A stretch of 64,000 bases of DNA, taken from positions 22,818,001 to 22,882,000 of the forward strand of contig CM075987.1 in NCBI GenBank assembly GCA_038087875.1, read 5' to 3'. Under the pieces are notes generated by a model. It was not told where the DNA came from and made no database searches. It saw nothing but the letters and a program-made list of their open reading frames with translations. This document shows positions 1 to 14,053 of this stretch, piece after piece. Origin of the DNA: Malacoraja senta (taxonomy: Eukaryota). Positions within the stretch are counted from its first letter, which is position 1. Every line of letters starts with the position of its first letter. A program made the translations under genes and the position numbers.

Positions 1-512
1 GTATTATACTATATTATAATGGTGTATACAGTATTATTATAAACCTTACAAAAGTAAATGGAATACAATAAACTATGATCATAGATGTGAAATGTGAAAC
101 CAGAGGAAAGAATATAAGTGGAAGGGGGCGGGGGTGTAGGGGAAATCAGGGTGCATCCAGGTGGGGCACCGGGACGAGAGGGGAGGAAAAGGTGGGGAAC
201 GTAGAGGAGAGGTTGGTGTTCGGCACTAACAATAATGTTTTCACTTCTACACATCGAGCTTTGCTCCTCGCTCCTTATCGCCACCATCAATCTCTGGCAT
301 TTATCGACACCGCTCTCAAACTCAAGTGAACAAAGAGATTATCAGGGCTTTCAAGTCTCAGGAAGTTCTCAGGTAATTCTCAAGAGTCTGGATCAGTGCC
401 CCCCCCCCCCCCCCCACAAACCTCCTGCCCAATATTTACTCCCTGCCAGCAGCCTCCAGTGCGTGAGCGCACTCACAATATTTATCACGTTTCACCATGG
501 ATCCCTCACAGA

Positions 513-1007
513 GAGGGTTGCCAACTTTCTCACTCCCAAATAAGGGACAAAAGGTCCAAATAAGGGATAAATTTCCTAATGGCAATCATTGACTGACTCG
601 GCCGTGGCTTGGTGAATGATGAGTTGGCCCAGGTGCTGGACTGCACACAAAGCCCAGTCGGCAGGCCAGCTGAAGAGTTTTGGTCCGGCACCCATCCAAC
701 TCATGAACCGATGATCAGCCATGAGAAGGAGAGGTGGTGGTGTCGGTGGCAAGCGAAGGTCTGAAGGTCGGACAGCTGGCCGGGCTGCCGACCGACGGGG
801 CACGGGCGAGGGTGCTGCTGCTGCACTCCATGAGCTGCACTACATCGGGACGGGTGAGGCGGGCCGGACGCGGCACTCCGACCCGACAGTCCCCCAGACC
901 CAAGTAGTAGCAGTCAAATACGGGACAAGGGCGGTCCCGTATGGGACAAACCAATGTAGCCCAATATACGGGATGTCACGGCTAATACGGGACAGTTGGC
1001 AACCCTA
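513..1007. mobile_element. Non-autonomous hAT (Blackjack-like) DNA transposon
   Basis: TIRs AGGGTTGCCAAC / GTTGGCAACCCTA; 8-bp TSD ctcacaga (505-512) / atcacaga (1008-1015); subterminal GGGAC repeats. Confidence 0.8.
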
Positions 1008-1056
1008 ATCACAGATGTTACTTGCTTGGCTTGCAATATTGGCCCTTGTTATTGTG

Positions 1057-1207
<151 letters not shown>

Positions 1208-1684
1208 CAAGTCAAGAAGATGGTGGCGGTGGAAGATGAAGGGAAAAGTCATCATCAAAGAGAGTCATAGTCATACAATGTGGAAACAGGCCCTTCGGCC
1301 CAACTTGCCCAGGCCCAACTGGCCCAACATGTCCCATCTACACAGGTCCCCTGCCTGCATTTCGTCCACATCCCTCTAAACCTGTCCTATCCATGCACCT
1401 GTCTAATTGTTTCTTAAACGCTGCGACAGTCCCTGCCTCTGGCGGCTATGAACTTACATCCCCCTCACGGCTGCATTCCTGGGGACAAAGGGCGACAGGT
1501 GAGTTGTCTCGGGTGTTGGTAGCAGGTGTCACCTCCTCCAGTCCCTCCCACCGCACGCCCAGGTAATCACAGAGGCATCACCCTCTACACACTCCACGCT
1601 TGCTTTATGACCCTTGGCTCCAGGCGGCTCTTATCAGGTCACAGGTTAATATTAACCGCAGAACACACAGACACTAAAGATTAA

Positions 1685-2170
1685 AGGCGGCAGGGTGGGG
1701 GAGCGGGAGAGTTGTTGCTGCCTTACAGCGGCAGAGACATAGAACCATAGCTACATAGAAAATAGGTGCAGGAGGAGGCCATTCGGCCCTTCGAGCCAGC
1801 ACCACCATTCATTGTGATCATGGCTGATCGTCCCCAATCAGTACCCCGTGCTTGCCTTCTCCCCATATCCCTTCATTCCACTAGCCCCTGAACTCTTCTA
1901 ACTCTCTCTTAAATCCATCCAGTGACTTGGCCTCCACTGCCCTCTGTGGCAGGGAATTCACAAATTCACAACTCTCTGGGTGAAAACGTTTTTTCTCACC
2001 TCGGTCTTAAATGGCCTCCCCTTTATTCTAAGAAGGCCCAGGTTCGATCCTGACTACGGGTGCTGTCTGTATGGAGTTTGTAGGATAGTGCTAGTGTACA
2101 GGGATCGCTGGTTGGTGCGGATGCGGTGAGCCTGACTCGGTGCTGCATTTATCTCTAAACTAAACTAAAT
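1685..2170 (+). mobile_element. tRNA-headed SINE interrupted by a CR1-type LINE 3' fragment (~1737-2032, minus strand)
   Basis: SINE head stops at cagagac and resumes at ccaggttcgatcc; the insert has the tail typical of the CR1 3' ends seen elsewhere in the window. Confidence 0.7.
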
Positions 2171-2680
2171 TAGATCTTTAAACTCAATTAAAGATCTTCC
2201 AGGGCTTCCAGCATTCACTAAAAACATCCCCATTCATTAGTTCATCCGAATGGGAGGTGGACATTCCCTCCCTCCAGTCTGTGCAACCTGTTCTCCTGTG
2301 AAGTGTATAACCCAGTATCGCCTGAACTCTTGCCAAGGCTGGGCTGCCTGGAAGTGCCGGATTCAGGCCCCTGCCCTCCTCCGTTAGCCTCGGCCTTAAA
2401 GGGCTTGAGGCAGCCTGGCAGCTTGTGGCAAACAGCCAGGCTTCAGAAGCCACTGCTGCAGGTCAGGCCGTGTCCGTGGCTGCTCTCCTGTTCCCCCTCC
2501 ATCAGCCGGAGGCTGGAACTTCCCCGAGAAGATGCTGCAGTCACTTAAAGACACTTCCACCTGCAGCTCTCTGAAGATTGGAAGCGAGTTGTGACCCCGT
2601 GGTTCATATACACGTGTGCAAACAATCGCACACATGTGTCTGCATTTAAACACTGGTCTCCAAACACACACAAGCACAAA

Positions 2681-2774
2681 GTCTGAAGAAGGGTCTCGAC
2701 CCGAAACGTCGCCAATTCCTTCTCTCCATAGATGCTGCCTCCCCCGCTGAGTTTCTCCAGCGTTTGTGTCCACC
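2681..2774 (+). mobile_element. Short Penelope-derived element with intact minimal hammerhead motif
   Basis: CTGAAGA A GGGTC TC GACCC GAAAC GTC; flanking 8-bp repeat AGCACAAA (2673-2680 / 2775-2782). Confidence 0.75.
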
Positions 2775-2779
2775 AGCAC

Positions 2780-3200
2780 AAATATGCACATGTATCCGCA
2801 TTTAAATATATATGTCTCCAAATATGCACATGCACACATATACACATGTAATACATTTAAACATGCATGTCTGCAAATATACATGTACACAAATACACAC
2901 GTATGTGCATTTAAATACATGTCTGTACACAAATACACACATATATCTGCATTTAAACACGTCCGTTCACAAACACACACAGATATATATATATATTGCA
3001 TTTAAACATGCCTGCACACAGATACACATACATGTGCAAGGCCCACATGCAAATGCATATCTTTGTACTTGTTTACATACTCCCATATGCACAGACATAC
3101 ATGTGTAATATACATACTAATACACACATTAACATGCATGCACACAGAATGGTTCACGCATATACTCATATGTGTGTGCCTCACATATATGTATATATAC
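2780..3200. repeat. Degenerate AC/AT low-complexity repeat with recurring GCATTTAAA
   Basis: Direct reading. Confidence 0.7.
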
Positions 3201-3251
3201 TTTGGGATTCTTTGCACTAGTATTTGCTCATTTATTGAATAATTGTTTTTT

Positions 3252-3610
3252 ACTGGACAAGCTAGATGCAGGAAAAATGTTCCCAATATTGGGCGAGTCC
3301 CAGAACCAGGGGCCACAGTCTTAGAATAAAGGGGAAGCCATTTAAGACTGAGGTGAGAAAAAACGTTTTCACCCAGAGAGTTGTGAATTGTGGAATTCCC
3401 TGACACAGAGGGCAGTGGAGGCCAAATCACTGGATGGATTAAAGAGAGAGTTAGATAGAGCTCTAAGGGCCAGTGGAGTCAAGGGATATGGGGAGAAGGC
3501 AGGCACGGGTTATTGATAGGGGATGATCAGCCATGATCACAATGAATGGCGGTGCTGGCTCGAAGGGCCGAATGGCCTCCTCCTGCACCTATTTTCTATG
3601 TTTCTATGTA
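3252..3610 (+). mobile_element. CR1-type LINE 3' end
   Basis: ORF2 C-terminal remnant (FFTQRVVNLWNSL-like), conserved 3' UTR and TTTCTATG tail. Confidence 0.8.
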
Positions 3611-4595
3611 TTATTGGTGTGTACTGCATTGTTCTGTTGACGGTATATCTGGCAATTAAACACACTTGACTCTCGATTAACTATTAAACACATATGTACA
3701 CAGATCTACACACACCAACCTTCAGATATGGATACATACACATGTGTAAATATAAATGCAACACGGACACTGAATGTGAACCAGAACTCAGGCCGATTTC
3801 CTGACTTCCAGCACTAACAGAGCGATTAGTTCATGGGTTACAGGAGAAGATTTAGACCATTCGGCCCATCAGGTCTACTCCACCATTCAATCATGGCTGA
3901 TCTATCTCTCCCTCTCAACCCCATGCTCTTGACCTCTCCCCATAACCCCCGACACCCGTACTGATCAAGTATCTGTCGATCTCCGCCTAAAAAATATCCA
4001 TTGACTTGGCCTCCACAGACACCTGTGGCAATGAATGGTGTGAGATACTAACATGTTCATCCTTTGTATGTGGAAACCCCTGACACCTGTACTGATCAAC
4101 CCGTCCATAGTCATTATTACCCGTCCTGCCCCCACCCTGGCTCAGCTTAGTTGACTCGAGACGGGGAGAGTTGGGCGAGGGACAGTTTAGCTCGTGGCCT
4201 GCAATGGAATGGAGCGACTGGGCCCAGGGCTGTGAGTGGGGCCTAAACATTACGCGGCTACCTCTGCCGACAGTCACTGTAATTGAATGGAAGTGTGGTG
4301 ACCTGCTCACGACCTCAGCTACACATCGCCAAATTCCTCGAGCGCCTCTCACTCTGGCGCTGGGACCATTGGTTGCACCTTCTCTCCACACAGCACCGGA
4401 GAGGAATTAAATCTCCAGGACAAAGGTCATCGAGGGGCCATTGGCCACTGACTGCTCCATCAATCTGTGGCCCGGAGGTGGCTATCAACAAATGGCCAAC
4501 AAAAGGAGGCCATAATTTAGGCTTGCCAACCTGCCTGGATTGTCCCAGTGCTGTCCGGAAGCAAGGATTAATATTCAAGGATCAAATTCCTTGGG

Positions 4596-4900
4596 GTGGC
4601 ACGGTGGCGCAGCGGTAGAATTGCTGCCTTTCAGCACCAGAGACCCAGGTTCAATCCTGACTACGGGTGCTGTCTGCGCGGAGTTTGTACGTTCTCCCTG
4701 TGACTGCGTGGGTTTTCTCCGGATGCTCCGGTTTCCTCCAACATTCCAAAGACGTACAGGTTTGTTGGTTAAATGGCTTCTGCAAATTGTACATTATCCT
4801 TAGGGTGCAAGGTAGTGTTAGCGTACGGGGTGATCGATGGTCCATGCGCTCGGTGGGTCAAAGGGTCTGTTTCCATGCTGTATCTCTAAAATCTAAAGTA
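4596..4900 (+). mobile_element. tRNA-derived V-SINE/HE1-like SINE (representative copy)
   Basis: A box TGGCGCAGCGG, B box GGTTCAATCC, central domain gtttgtacgttctccc..., tail ctgtatctctaaa. Further copies at ~5640-5960(-), 10115-10430, 20210-20510, 23145-23440, 25730-25968(-), 26625-26930, 30655-30900, 32855-33130, 48210-48836(-), 52520-52825(-), 56700-57017(-). Confidence 0.8.
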
Positions 4901-5159
4901 AAATCCAAGGTCTATAATCATAGGGTATTTACAAGAAGCCTGTGTATCTATTTCAACTTGCATATTGTGGTTCTTAGCAAGGGAGTGAAGGGCATGGATC
5001 AAGTGTTTATTAATGGGATTAGTATAGATGGGCACTTGATGGTCGCCTTGGATTTGATGCGTTGGTGCCTGACTCTATGACTGAACAATTCTGGCTATTA
5101 GTTGTGATGTATTTGGTGGGCAAGGTGGTTAGGTGGGAATGTCACATGACAAAGCTGGG

Positions 5160-5255
5160 ATAGACACAAAATGCTGGAGTAACTCAGCGGGTCAGGCAGC
5201 ATCTCTGGAGAGAAGGAACGGGTGACGTTTCGGGTCGAGACCCTTCTTCAGACCT
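5160..5255 (-). mobile_element. Penelope-derived short element with intact hammerhead motif
   Basis: Minus strand: aggt CTGAAGA A GGGTCTCGACCC GAAAC GTC accc; 3-bp stem I possible. Confidence 0.7.
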
Positions 5256-6199
5256 GGGAGGTCACAAGACAAACCCTCCAAGGATCCATCCAGGTGTTTA
5301 CTGGAAGGGGGTGGGGTTACATAAGTTCACAAGTGATAGGAGCAGAATTAGGCCATTCGGCCCAACAAGTCTACTCCGCCATTCAATCATGGCTGATCTA
5401 TCTCTCCCTTCTAACCCCATTCTCCTGCCTTCTCCCTATAACCCCTGACACCCATACTAATCAGGAATCTATCTATCTCTACCGTACAAATGTCCATTGA
5501 CTTGGCCTCCACAGCCTCCTGATGTTCTACTGATTCACCACCCTCTGACTAAAGAAATTCTTCCTTCCTAAAGGAATGTTCTTTGATTAATGTTGGGTGC
5601 CTTGCGGGGGAATTGGTTGAGCAACAGAGGAGATGGCGTTTAGTTTAGAGATACAGCATGGAAACAGGCCCTTCGGCCCACCGAGTTCATACCAACCATG
5701 ATCACCCGTTCACACTCGTTCTATGTGGTCCCACCTTTGCGCCCACTCCTTACACGTTAGAAGCAATATACAGTAATTAATTAACCCACAAACCAGCACG
5801 TCTTTGGCATGTGGGGGGAAGCCAGAGCACCCGGAGGAAACCTATGCGGTCACAGGGAGAACGTGTCAACTCCAGACAGCCACACACAGCGCCCGAGGTC
5901 AGGATCGAACCCGGGCCTCTGGCGCTGTGAGGCAGCGGCTCTCCCAGCTGAGCCACTGTTGATCCAAGCCACACGGCAAAGAGTTGTGAACTTGGCGGGA
6001 CCCGAGAGAGAGCCAAGAGGAAAACCCATGCTGGATTATCAGTGCTGGACTGTGACCGGGTGAGGAAGATGCCCCTTTACACTGTGCACCTGCAAAGCTA
6101 AGCACTGCTATCTAAACAGGCACGGGGTGTGCGTGGCCACTGACAGGTTTGCATCTCTGGGCAACGCTTTGTACAAGTGATAACATCACGTCACAGTGC

Positions 6200-6465
6200 A
6201 TGTGTAGTGTCTATGTTAGTCTATGTCCAAGATGGCGGTCGGAAGGGAAAGTGGATGCTGGCGCGCTTTAGCAGCCGCTGCTCTCTCTTCCATATTGTGT
6301 TTTTGATTTTTGGATTTAATTCTATCTTTAATTTGTGTACTGGTGATGTCTTTGCTATTTATTTCATTCCGCTTACATGTTTCTACACTATTTGTTAAAC
6401 TTTGTAAGGTGTCCTTGAGACTTTTGAAAGGCGCCCATAAATAAAATGTATTCTTATTCTTATTA
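6200..6465 (+). mobile_element. Short interspersed repeat with L2-like 3' tail
   Basis: Near-identical to ~12880-13143 and related to ~14780-15200(-); tail gtgtccttgag..gaaaggcgcccataaataaaatgtatt. Confidence 0.65.
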
Positions 6466-6592
6466 TCACGGTGTCAAGTACAGTTTACAGTCACACAAGC
6501 TAACATCCAGGCTATGATTTCTAATGGGGATGTACTGAGTACCCACCCTCACTGGGACACTGACCCACGCCAGCACTACTGTAAGCAATACT

Positions 6593-6816
6593 GTGTAGGT
6601 AGGAACTGCAGATACACCGAATATGGACACGAAAAGCTGGAGTAACTCAGCGGGACAGACAGCATCTCTGGAGAGATGACGTTTCAGGTCGAGACCATTC
6701 TTCAGACTTCGCCTCTGAAGAAGAAAGGTCTCGACCCGAAACTTCACCTATTCCTTCCCTCCAGAGATGCTGCCTGTCCCGCTGAGTTACTCCAGCTTTT
6801 TGTGTCTATCTTCAGG
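6593..6816. mobile_element. Palindromic (inverted-pair) Penelope-derived insertion
   Basis: Two inverted copies; 12-bp TSD GTAAGCAATACT (6581-6592 / 6817-6828). Confidence 0.75.
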
Positions 6817-7309
6817 GTAAGCAATACTTCCGTTTTAAACCTCTCATCCTTCATTTTCAAACCTCTCAATGGTCTAACTCTTCCCTTTCTCCGTAATTTC
6901 TTCCACTCCTTTGGGAAATCAGAGTTCCTCCTGTTCTGTCCTCATCAATGTTATGGTTCCATCACTGTCGCAGTACCTTCAGCAGTTAAGTCTCCAAGCA
7001 CTCGATTCTCTTTCATAATCTTTCTCTCCCATTCTCTCTCTCTCTCTCTCTCTCACTCTTCCTGCTCCCAGACTTACTGTACCTCTTTGACCAAGTCTTT
7101 GGCTATCCGCATTAATATCTCTCATGTGGCTCAACTTCAGTATTTTTGTTTTAAAATGTTCCTGTGAAGGTTTGGGGGACATTTCTGCTGTGTTAAAAGA
7201 GTATTGTATGGACTTTTTGTGAATTGTCTGCATGCACTGTGTTTACAGGCCTGTTCTGCCGCTGTACACGTGAGAATTAAACACTCTGGACTCTCTATTT
7301 AAGCTGTAA

Positions 7310-7809
7310 AGGGCCTGTCCCACTATACGAGTTTACCCAAGAGCTCTCCCGTGTTTAAAAAAAAATCAAACTTGAGGTAAGCACGGAGAATGAACGTAGC
7401 GGGTACGTCGGAGCTCGGGGAAGTCTCTTAGCGCTAACGGCAGGTACTCGGGAAGACTCGCTAACGGGAGGTAAGCACGGGAAGAATCGTGAAGATTTTT
7501 CAACATGATGAAAAATGTCCACGAGAGCCCCGAGTACCGACGAGCGGCCATTACCGTAAATCTCCGAGTTCGAATCAGGGCAAACTCGGGATAACTCTTG
7601 CAATGAACTCGTACCGTGGGACAGGGCTTTTAACGCTAAAGGCAGGTACTCGGAAAACGCGGTAAGCTCGTGAAGTTTTTTCAACATGTTGAAAAAAGTC
7701 CACGAGATCCCCGAGTACCTACGAGTGGCTATTACCGTCATTCTCCGAGTTCGAATCAGGGGAAACTCGGGATAACTCTTGAATTACCTCGTACAGTGGG
7801 ACAGGCCCT
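7310..7809. mobile_element. PIF/Harbinger-type MITE with internally duplicated right end
   Basis: TIR AGGGCCTGTCCCACTRTACGAG at both ends; TAA TSD (7307-7309 / 7810-7812); an extra right-end copy finishing near 7630. Confidence 0.8.
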
Positions 7810-8444
7810 TAATTCTTGGGGCTTGAGAAGGGAACTGGACCCTGAACCTGCACACTCTCTCCAGGAGAGGGTGCTGCTGTATGGGGTCAAGCAGGCAGGA
7901 ACATTTGGTGATAGACACAAGAAGCTGGAGTAACTCAGCGGGACGGGCGGCATCTCTGGAGAGAAGGAATGGGTGACGTTTCGGGTCGAGACCCTTCTCC
8001 TAAACAATTGGTGATTCAATTGTACCTAATGTGTAGGATAGTGTTAGTGTGCGGGGATCGCTGGTTGGCGCAGTGGGCCAAAGGGCCTGTTTCCGCGCTG
8101 TATCTCTAGACGAAACTTCATCGTGCACTTCTGAACTCTGGTATTCCTTCCATAAAACTCCTCACCTTTCACTCTGCCTTTTGAGTCCACATATTTGCTG
8201 CGTTTTATGTCACCTAACGTAATGCCCGCTGGACCCATTGTCAAATTTAGTCTTATTTACACTTGAAAGAAAGACTTTGGGTCATTTTCTTGCCCCTGAA
8301 AGGAGCATTCTAAGCACAAAGTTGCACTCAAATCATGGAGAATTGATAGTGGGGAGAGACTGCCGTTGAACATTATTGCTTCTTATATTCCACACAAAAT
8401 GGCAACTTCAATCTAATCCAAATCACGTCGAGCCCAGAGAGGTT

Positions 8445-9930
8445 CTTTTTAAAAAATATTTTAATTTTATTAGAAGTAAGTACAATCATATGGCACCAAA
8501 GTGCCTAATATATAAAGACATAATACATTTTATGTACAGCTTCTTATTTTTTTTATTATAATAAAGAAGAATAAGAAAAAGAAAGTAGATAGTAAAAGAT
8601 AGAAAAACGTGAGGTATATAGTGTGTAAAAAAGAAAAAAAAAAGAGTGAAAGAAGAAAATTGAAGAAAAGAAAATAGAAAAAAGAGTAGAAAATAAAAAA
8701 AGAAAAGTAAGGAGATCATTATTTATAATCTTGACCATCCCCCACCCAGTCCTGGAACAGTTAGCTTCCACAATTATGTTGCACCATATGATTCCAAAAA
8801 GACGACAAATGGAGACCAACTCGTTAAGAATTGGTCTGATTTATCTATTAGGAGGAATCGCATTTCCTCAAGATGTGCGGTGCCCAACATGCTTGAAATC
8901 CACATTTTAAGCGTTGGTATTGGTGTATTTTTCCAGAATTTAAGTATTAGTTTTTTTGCTATTATTAAACCATAATTAAAAATAAATTTTGAGATGAGTT
9001 CAATTTATTCCCGTCTTCCATTACTCCAAATATAATCATTTCAGTATTAGGTTCCATTCTTATCTTGAATAATTTTGTAAATATTTCAAAAATATCACTC
9101 CAAAATTTATAAAGTTTTATGCAGGAAACGAAAGAGTGTGTTATAGTTGCGTTTTGGGATAGACATTTATATCAAATGGGGGATATATTTGGATAAAATT
9201 TATTCAATCTAGTTTTTGAATAATATAATCTATGTAAAATTTTAAATTGAATTAAATTATGTCTTGCATTAATCGAACATTTGTGTATATATATCAAATA
9301 CTTTTCCCATGTTTCCTTCGTAATTTTTATCATTAATTCCCGTTCCACTCTTCTCTAAGTACCTCTGTCGATGGTAGGTCTATATTTAAAATACTATTAT
9401 ATAAATATGATATTAATTTCTGTGTCAGCCTTAATATTCATTGCTTCTTCCAGTAAATCAAAAGTTGTTTTTTGATATCCTTGTATGTATTTCTTCATGA
9501 AATCGCAAATCTGAAGATATTTAAAATATTGGTTATTTTTCAGTTTAAATTGTAATTGTAATTGTTGGAATGATAATAGATTTCCCATTTCATACATATC
9601 CCCGATCCTTTTAATTCCCATCCTTTCCCATTGGTTATATGTTTTATCAATAAGAGATGGTTTAAATAAAGGATTATTCGCTATTGGCATTAACAATGAT
9701 AAATTTCTTAATTTTAGAGATAATTTTATTTGTTTCCAAATTCTTATTGTATCGTGTATAATTGGGTTCTTCTTATATATTGTGTTGTTCAGTTTTTTCG
9801 GGGAGAAGAGGATCGTTCCTATATTACAAGGAAAACAATCCTCTTTCTCCATTCTTATCCATTCTGTCTGTTGGGTAGAACTGTCCAACCAGTAAATTAT
9901 ATTCTTAATATGCAAAGCCCAGAGAGGTTC
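8445..9930 (-). mobile_element. L1-clade LINE, 5'-truncated (ORF2 C-terminus, 3' UTR, A-rich tail)
   Basis: ORF 9397-9951 resembles the fish-type L1 ORF2 region (NPIIHDTIRIW, LLSFQQLQ..F, FKYLQI); ATITHSFVSC zinc-knuckle remnant downstream; AATAAA and A-rich end near 8450. Confidence 0.85.
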
Positions 9931-10615
9931 AATGGTAACTTTATCTGTCATATGTACTGAGGTATTGAAATTAATTTTTGCACACAGTTCAGTACATGTA
10001 TCACTTTACATAAACACTTTGATACATCTTATACAAGTATCTCAGGTGCAGTGCAAGTGTATAGCAGATGTACACTAAGACAGTGCAAAGAGTCTGTGTG
10101 GGTAGTTCAGGAGGGCAGCACTGTGGCACTGTGGCACTGGGGTAGAGTTGCTGCCTTACAGCGTCAGGGACCCAGGTTCAATCTTGACAACGGGTGCTGT
10201 CTGAACGGAGTTTGTACGTTCTCCACTTGACCTGCGTGGGTTTACTCCGAGATCTTCGGTTTCCTCCCGCACTCCAAAGACGTACAGGGTTGTAGGTAAA
10301 TTGGCTTGGTATAAATGTAAAGATTGCCCCTAGTGTGTGTGGGATAGTGTTAGTGTGCGGGGATCGCTGGTCGGTGCAGACTCTGTGGGCAGAAGGGTCT
10401 GTTTACGGGCTGGTATCTCTAAACTAAACCAAACTGCAGATGCTGGTTTACACCGAAGATAGACACAAAATGCTGGAGTGACTCAAGGGGACACGCCAGC
10501 ATCTCTGGAGAGAAGGAATACGTGACGTTTCGGGTCGAGACCCTTCTGCAGACTCTGAAATGTCACCCATTCCTTCTCTCCACTAGACAGAGCTGCCAGT
10601 TTTGGCACCATTTTC

Positions 10616-10916
10616 TTTTTTTTTTTAATTTTATTTATTAGAAGTACATTACATTACAACCACATACATTAGTACTCGTCACTTATGTCTTCTTACAATT
10701 AATGTACTCCATTTATTTTTTACACTAGAAAAGGAAAAGATTGAAAGAAAGAAGAAAGTGAAGGAAAAAGTGAAAGTGTAGGAAATGTGACAACAAAAAA
10801 GGACAAAGACCCTATAAGAGCAAAATTAAAAACAAAAGAAAAAGAGTTAAGAAATAGACCCAAGGAAAGAAAGAGAGAGAGAAAGAGGAAAAGGAGAGAA
10901 ATAAATTTTTTTATGA
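10616..10916 (-). mobile_element. L1 3' UTR fragment with poly(A) tail
   Basis: 18-bp TSD agttttggcRccattttc (10598-10615 / 10917-10934); cttctaataaa end as in the 8445 element. Confidence 0.75.
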
Positions 10917-11335
10917 AGTTTTGGCGCCATTTTCAAGTCCCGGTTTTGCCCAGTGAGCAAGCTTGCTGCTGGCAGAGTGAATGACCCACCAGAGTCTGCT
11001 GTCTTGGCAGTGGAACAATAACATTCTGTGTGTCCCCAGCCTGTGATACAATCCCCCTTCCCCTCCCTCCTCCATCACCTGCTGACGGAAAACTGTCTGC
11101 GCACACACACACCATGGCATGATATCAGAAGGGTCTGGGACCCCGGTAATCTCTCCCATTGTGGAGCCCACCATTGTTCTCCATTCAATCCAGTCTGATC
11201 TGTGTTCAGCAGCGTTCCTCTTGTTTGTTACACTTGCAAGGAAATGATTACTGCCGGAATCAACACAGATTCATTATTCCCTGCCCCAGTGTCCGGGCTT
11301 TCACAAACTCTCCTTGGGATACGGATCACACACGC

Positions 11336-12735
11336 ACACTGACCCACACTGGGGTACGGGTCCCACACACACACACACTGACCCACACTGGGGTGCGGGT
11401 CCCACACACACACACACTGACCCACACTGGGGTACGGGTACCACCCACACTGACCCACACTGGGGTATGGGTCCCACACACACACACACTGACCCACACT
11501 GGGGTACGGGTCCCACACACACACACTGACCCACACTGGGGTGCGGGTCCCACACACACACACACTGACCCACACTGGGGTATGGGTCCCACACACACAC
11601 ACTGACCCACACTGGGGTATGGGTCCCACACACACACACTGACCCACACTGGGGTATGGGTCCCACACACACACACTGACCCACACTGGGGTATGGGTCC
11701 CACACACACACACTGACCCACACTGGGGTACGGGTCCCACACACACACACACTGACCCACACTGGGGTATGGGTCCCACACACACACACTGACCCACACT
11801 GGGGTATGGGTCCCACACACACACACTGACCCACACTGGGGTATGGGTCCCACACACACACACACTGACCCACACTGGGGTGCGGGTCCCACACACACAC
11901 ACACTGACCCACACTGGGGTACGGGTCCCACACACACTGACCCACACTGGGGTACGGGTCCCACACACACACACACTGACCCACACTGGGGTACGGGTCC
12001 CACACACACTGACCCACACTGGGGTACGGGTCCCACACACACACACTGACCCACACTGGGGTACGGGTCCCACACACACTGACCCACACTGGGGTATGGG
12101 TCCCACACACACACACTGACCCACACTGGGGTATGGGTCCCACACACACACACTGACCCACACTGGGGTATGGGTCCCACACACACACACACTGACCCAC
12201 ACTGGGGTGCGGGTCCCACACACACACACACTGACCCACACTGGGGTACGGGTCCCACACACACTGACCCACACTGGGGTACGGGTCCCACACACACACA
12301 CACTGACCCACACTGGGGTACGGGTCCCACACACACACACTGACCCACACTGGGGTACGGGTCCCACACACACACACACTGACCCACACTGGGGTACGGG
12401 TCCCACACACACACACACACACTGACCCACACTGGGGTATGGGTCCCACACACACACACTGACCCACACTGGGGTATGGGTCCCACACACACACACACAC
12501 TGACCCACACTGGGGTACGGGTCCCACACACACACACTGACCCACACTGGGGTACGGGTCCCACACACACACACACACACACACTGACCCACACTGGGGT
12601 ACGGGTCCCACACACACACACACTGACCCACACTGGGGTATGGGTACCACCCACACTGACCCACACTGGGGTACGGGTACCACCCACACTGACCCACACT
12701 GGGGTATGGGTCCCACACACACACACACACACTGA
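11336..12735 (+). repeat. Minisatellite, ~36-48 bp unit CTGACCCACACTGGGGTAYGGGTCC(CA)n, roughly 35 copies
   Basis: Direct reading. Confidence 0.95.
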
Positions 12736-13509
12736 CAGTGAGTTTTGTTATCTAAGCTTTCACTGCATCTGCCTCTCTCATCTCTGACTTTGGGAGAACT
12801 GGGGATGGGGACTGGACATTGTGCCTTCCCCCACAGTGGTAACCATCCAGTGGGGGGATGATTTTTGTGTGCTAGTGATTATTTTAGTCTGTGTCCAAGA
12901 GGGCTGCCGGAAGGGAGAGTGGACGCTGGCGCGGTTTAGCTGCCGCTGCTCTCTCTTCACATTGTGTTTCTGATTTTTTGTTTGTTTTTGGATCGAATTC
13001 TGTCTTTAATTTGTGTATTGGTGATGTCTTTACTATTTATTTTACTCCGATTATATGTTTTTTTACTTGTTAAATACTGTAAGGTGTCCTTGAGACTCTT
13101 GAAAGGCGCCCATAAATAAAATGTATTATTATTATTATTATTATCTTTGTTTGTGTTTGTCTCTCACTCTCTCCGTGAATCTAGGCCTCCAGCTTTCTCT
13201 CCACCTCTACTTAATCTTTATATATCCCCCGAGTGCATTTCTTCATTAACGATTGCTTGAAGGAATCTATACTGTTCGTGCACAAATTGTCTGGCTCTCT
13301 CTTGCCCGAAGTGGAATATTAAACTTCCGACTAACTCAACATTCATTAGCACTCTCTCGCTCTCTCTGCCGCTCTCTCTGAGGATCACAAGTAAAAGTCT
13401 GTCAACTGGCCTGCGGTATCAGTGCACACAGCAGAGATTGTCTGCAGGCAACACTGATCTCAGCTCGATAACCCTGCTACACTTTATCAGTGTGTAGTCT
13501 CTACACAAA

Positions 13510-14010
13510 TCAGTGAGGGTCAGTGTGTGTGTGTGTGTGGGACCCGTACCCCAGTGAGGGTCAGTGTGTGTGTGTGTGTGGGACCCGTACCCCAGTGAGG
13601 GTCAGTGTGTGTGTGTGTGTGGGACCCGTACCCCAGTGAGGGTCAGTGTGTGTGTGTGTGTGGGACCCGTACCCCAGTGAGGGTCAGTGTGTGTGTGTGT
13701 GTGTGTGAGACCTGTACCCCAGTGAGGGTCAGTGTGTGTGTGTGTGGGACCTGTACCCCAGTGAGGGTCAGTGTGTGTGTGTGTGTGGGACCCGTACCCC
13801 AGTGAGGGTCAGTGTGTGTGTGTGTGTGGGACCCGTACCCCAGTGAGGGTCAGTGTGTGTGTGTGTGTGGGACCCGTACCCCAGTGTGGGTCAGTGTGTG
13901 TGTGTGTGTGGGACCCGTACCCCAGTGAGGGTCAGTGTGTGTGTGTGTGGGACCTGTACCCCAGTGAGAGTCAGTGTGGGTGTGTGGGACCCGTACCCCA
14001 GTGAGGGTCA

Positions 14011-14053
<43 letters not shown>

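Noticed and set aside
4596..4670. tRNA-like sequences with A and B boxes
   Set aside because: They are SINE heads that continue into the SINE body in many diverged copies, with no complete cloverleaf.
11228..12732. 468-500 aa ORFs
   Set aside because: Stop-free translation of the minisatellite in all three minus-strand frames.
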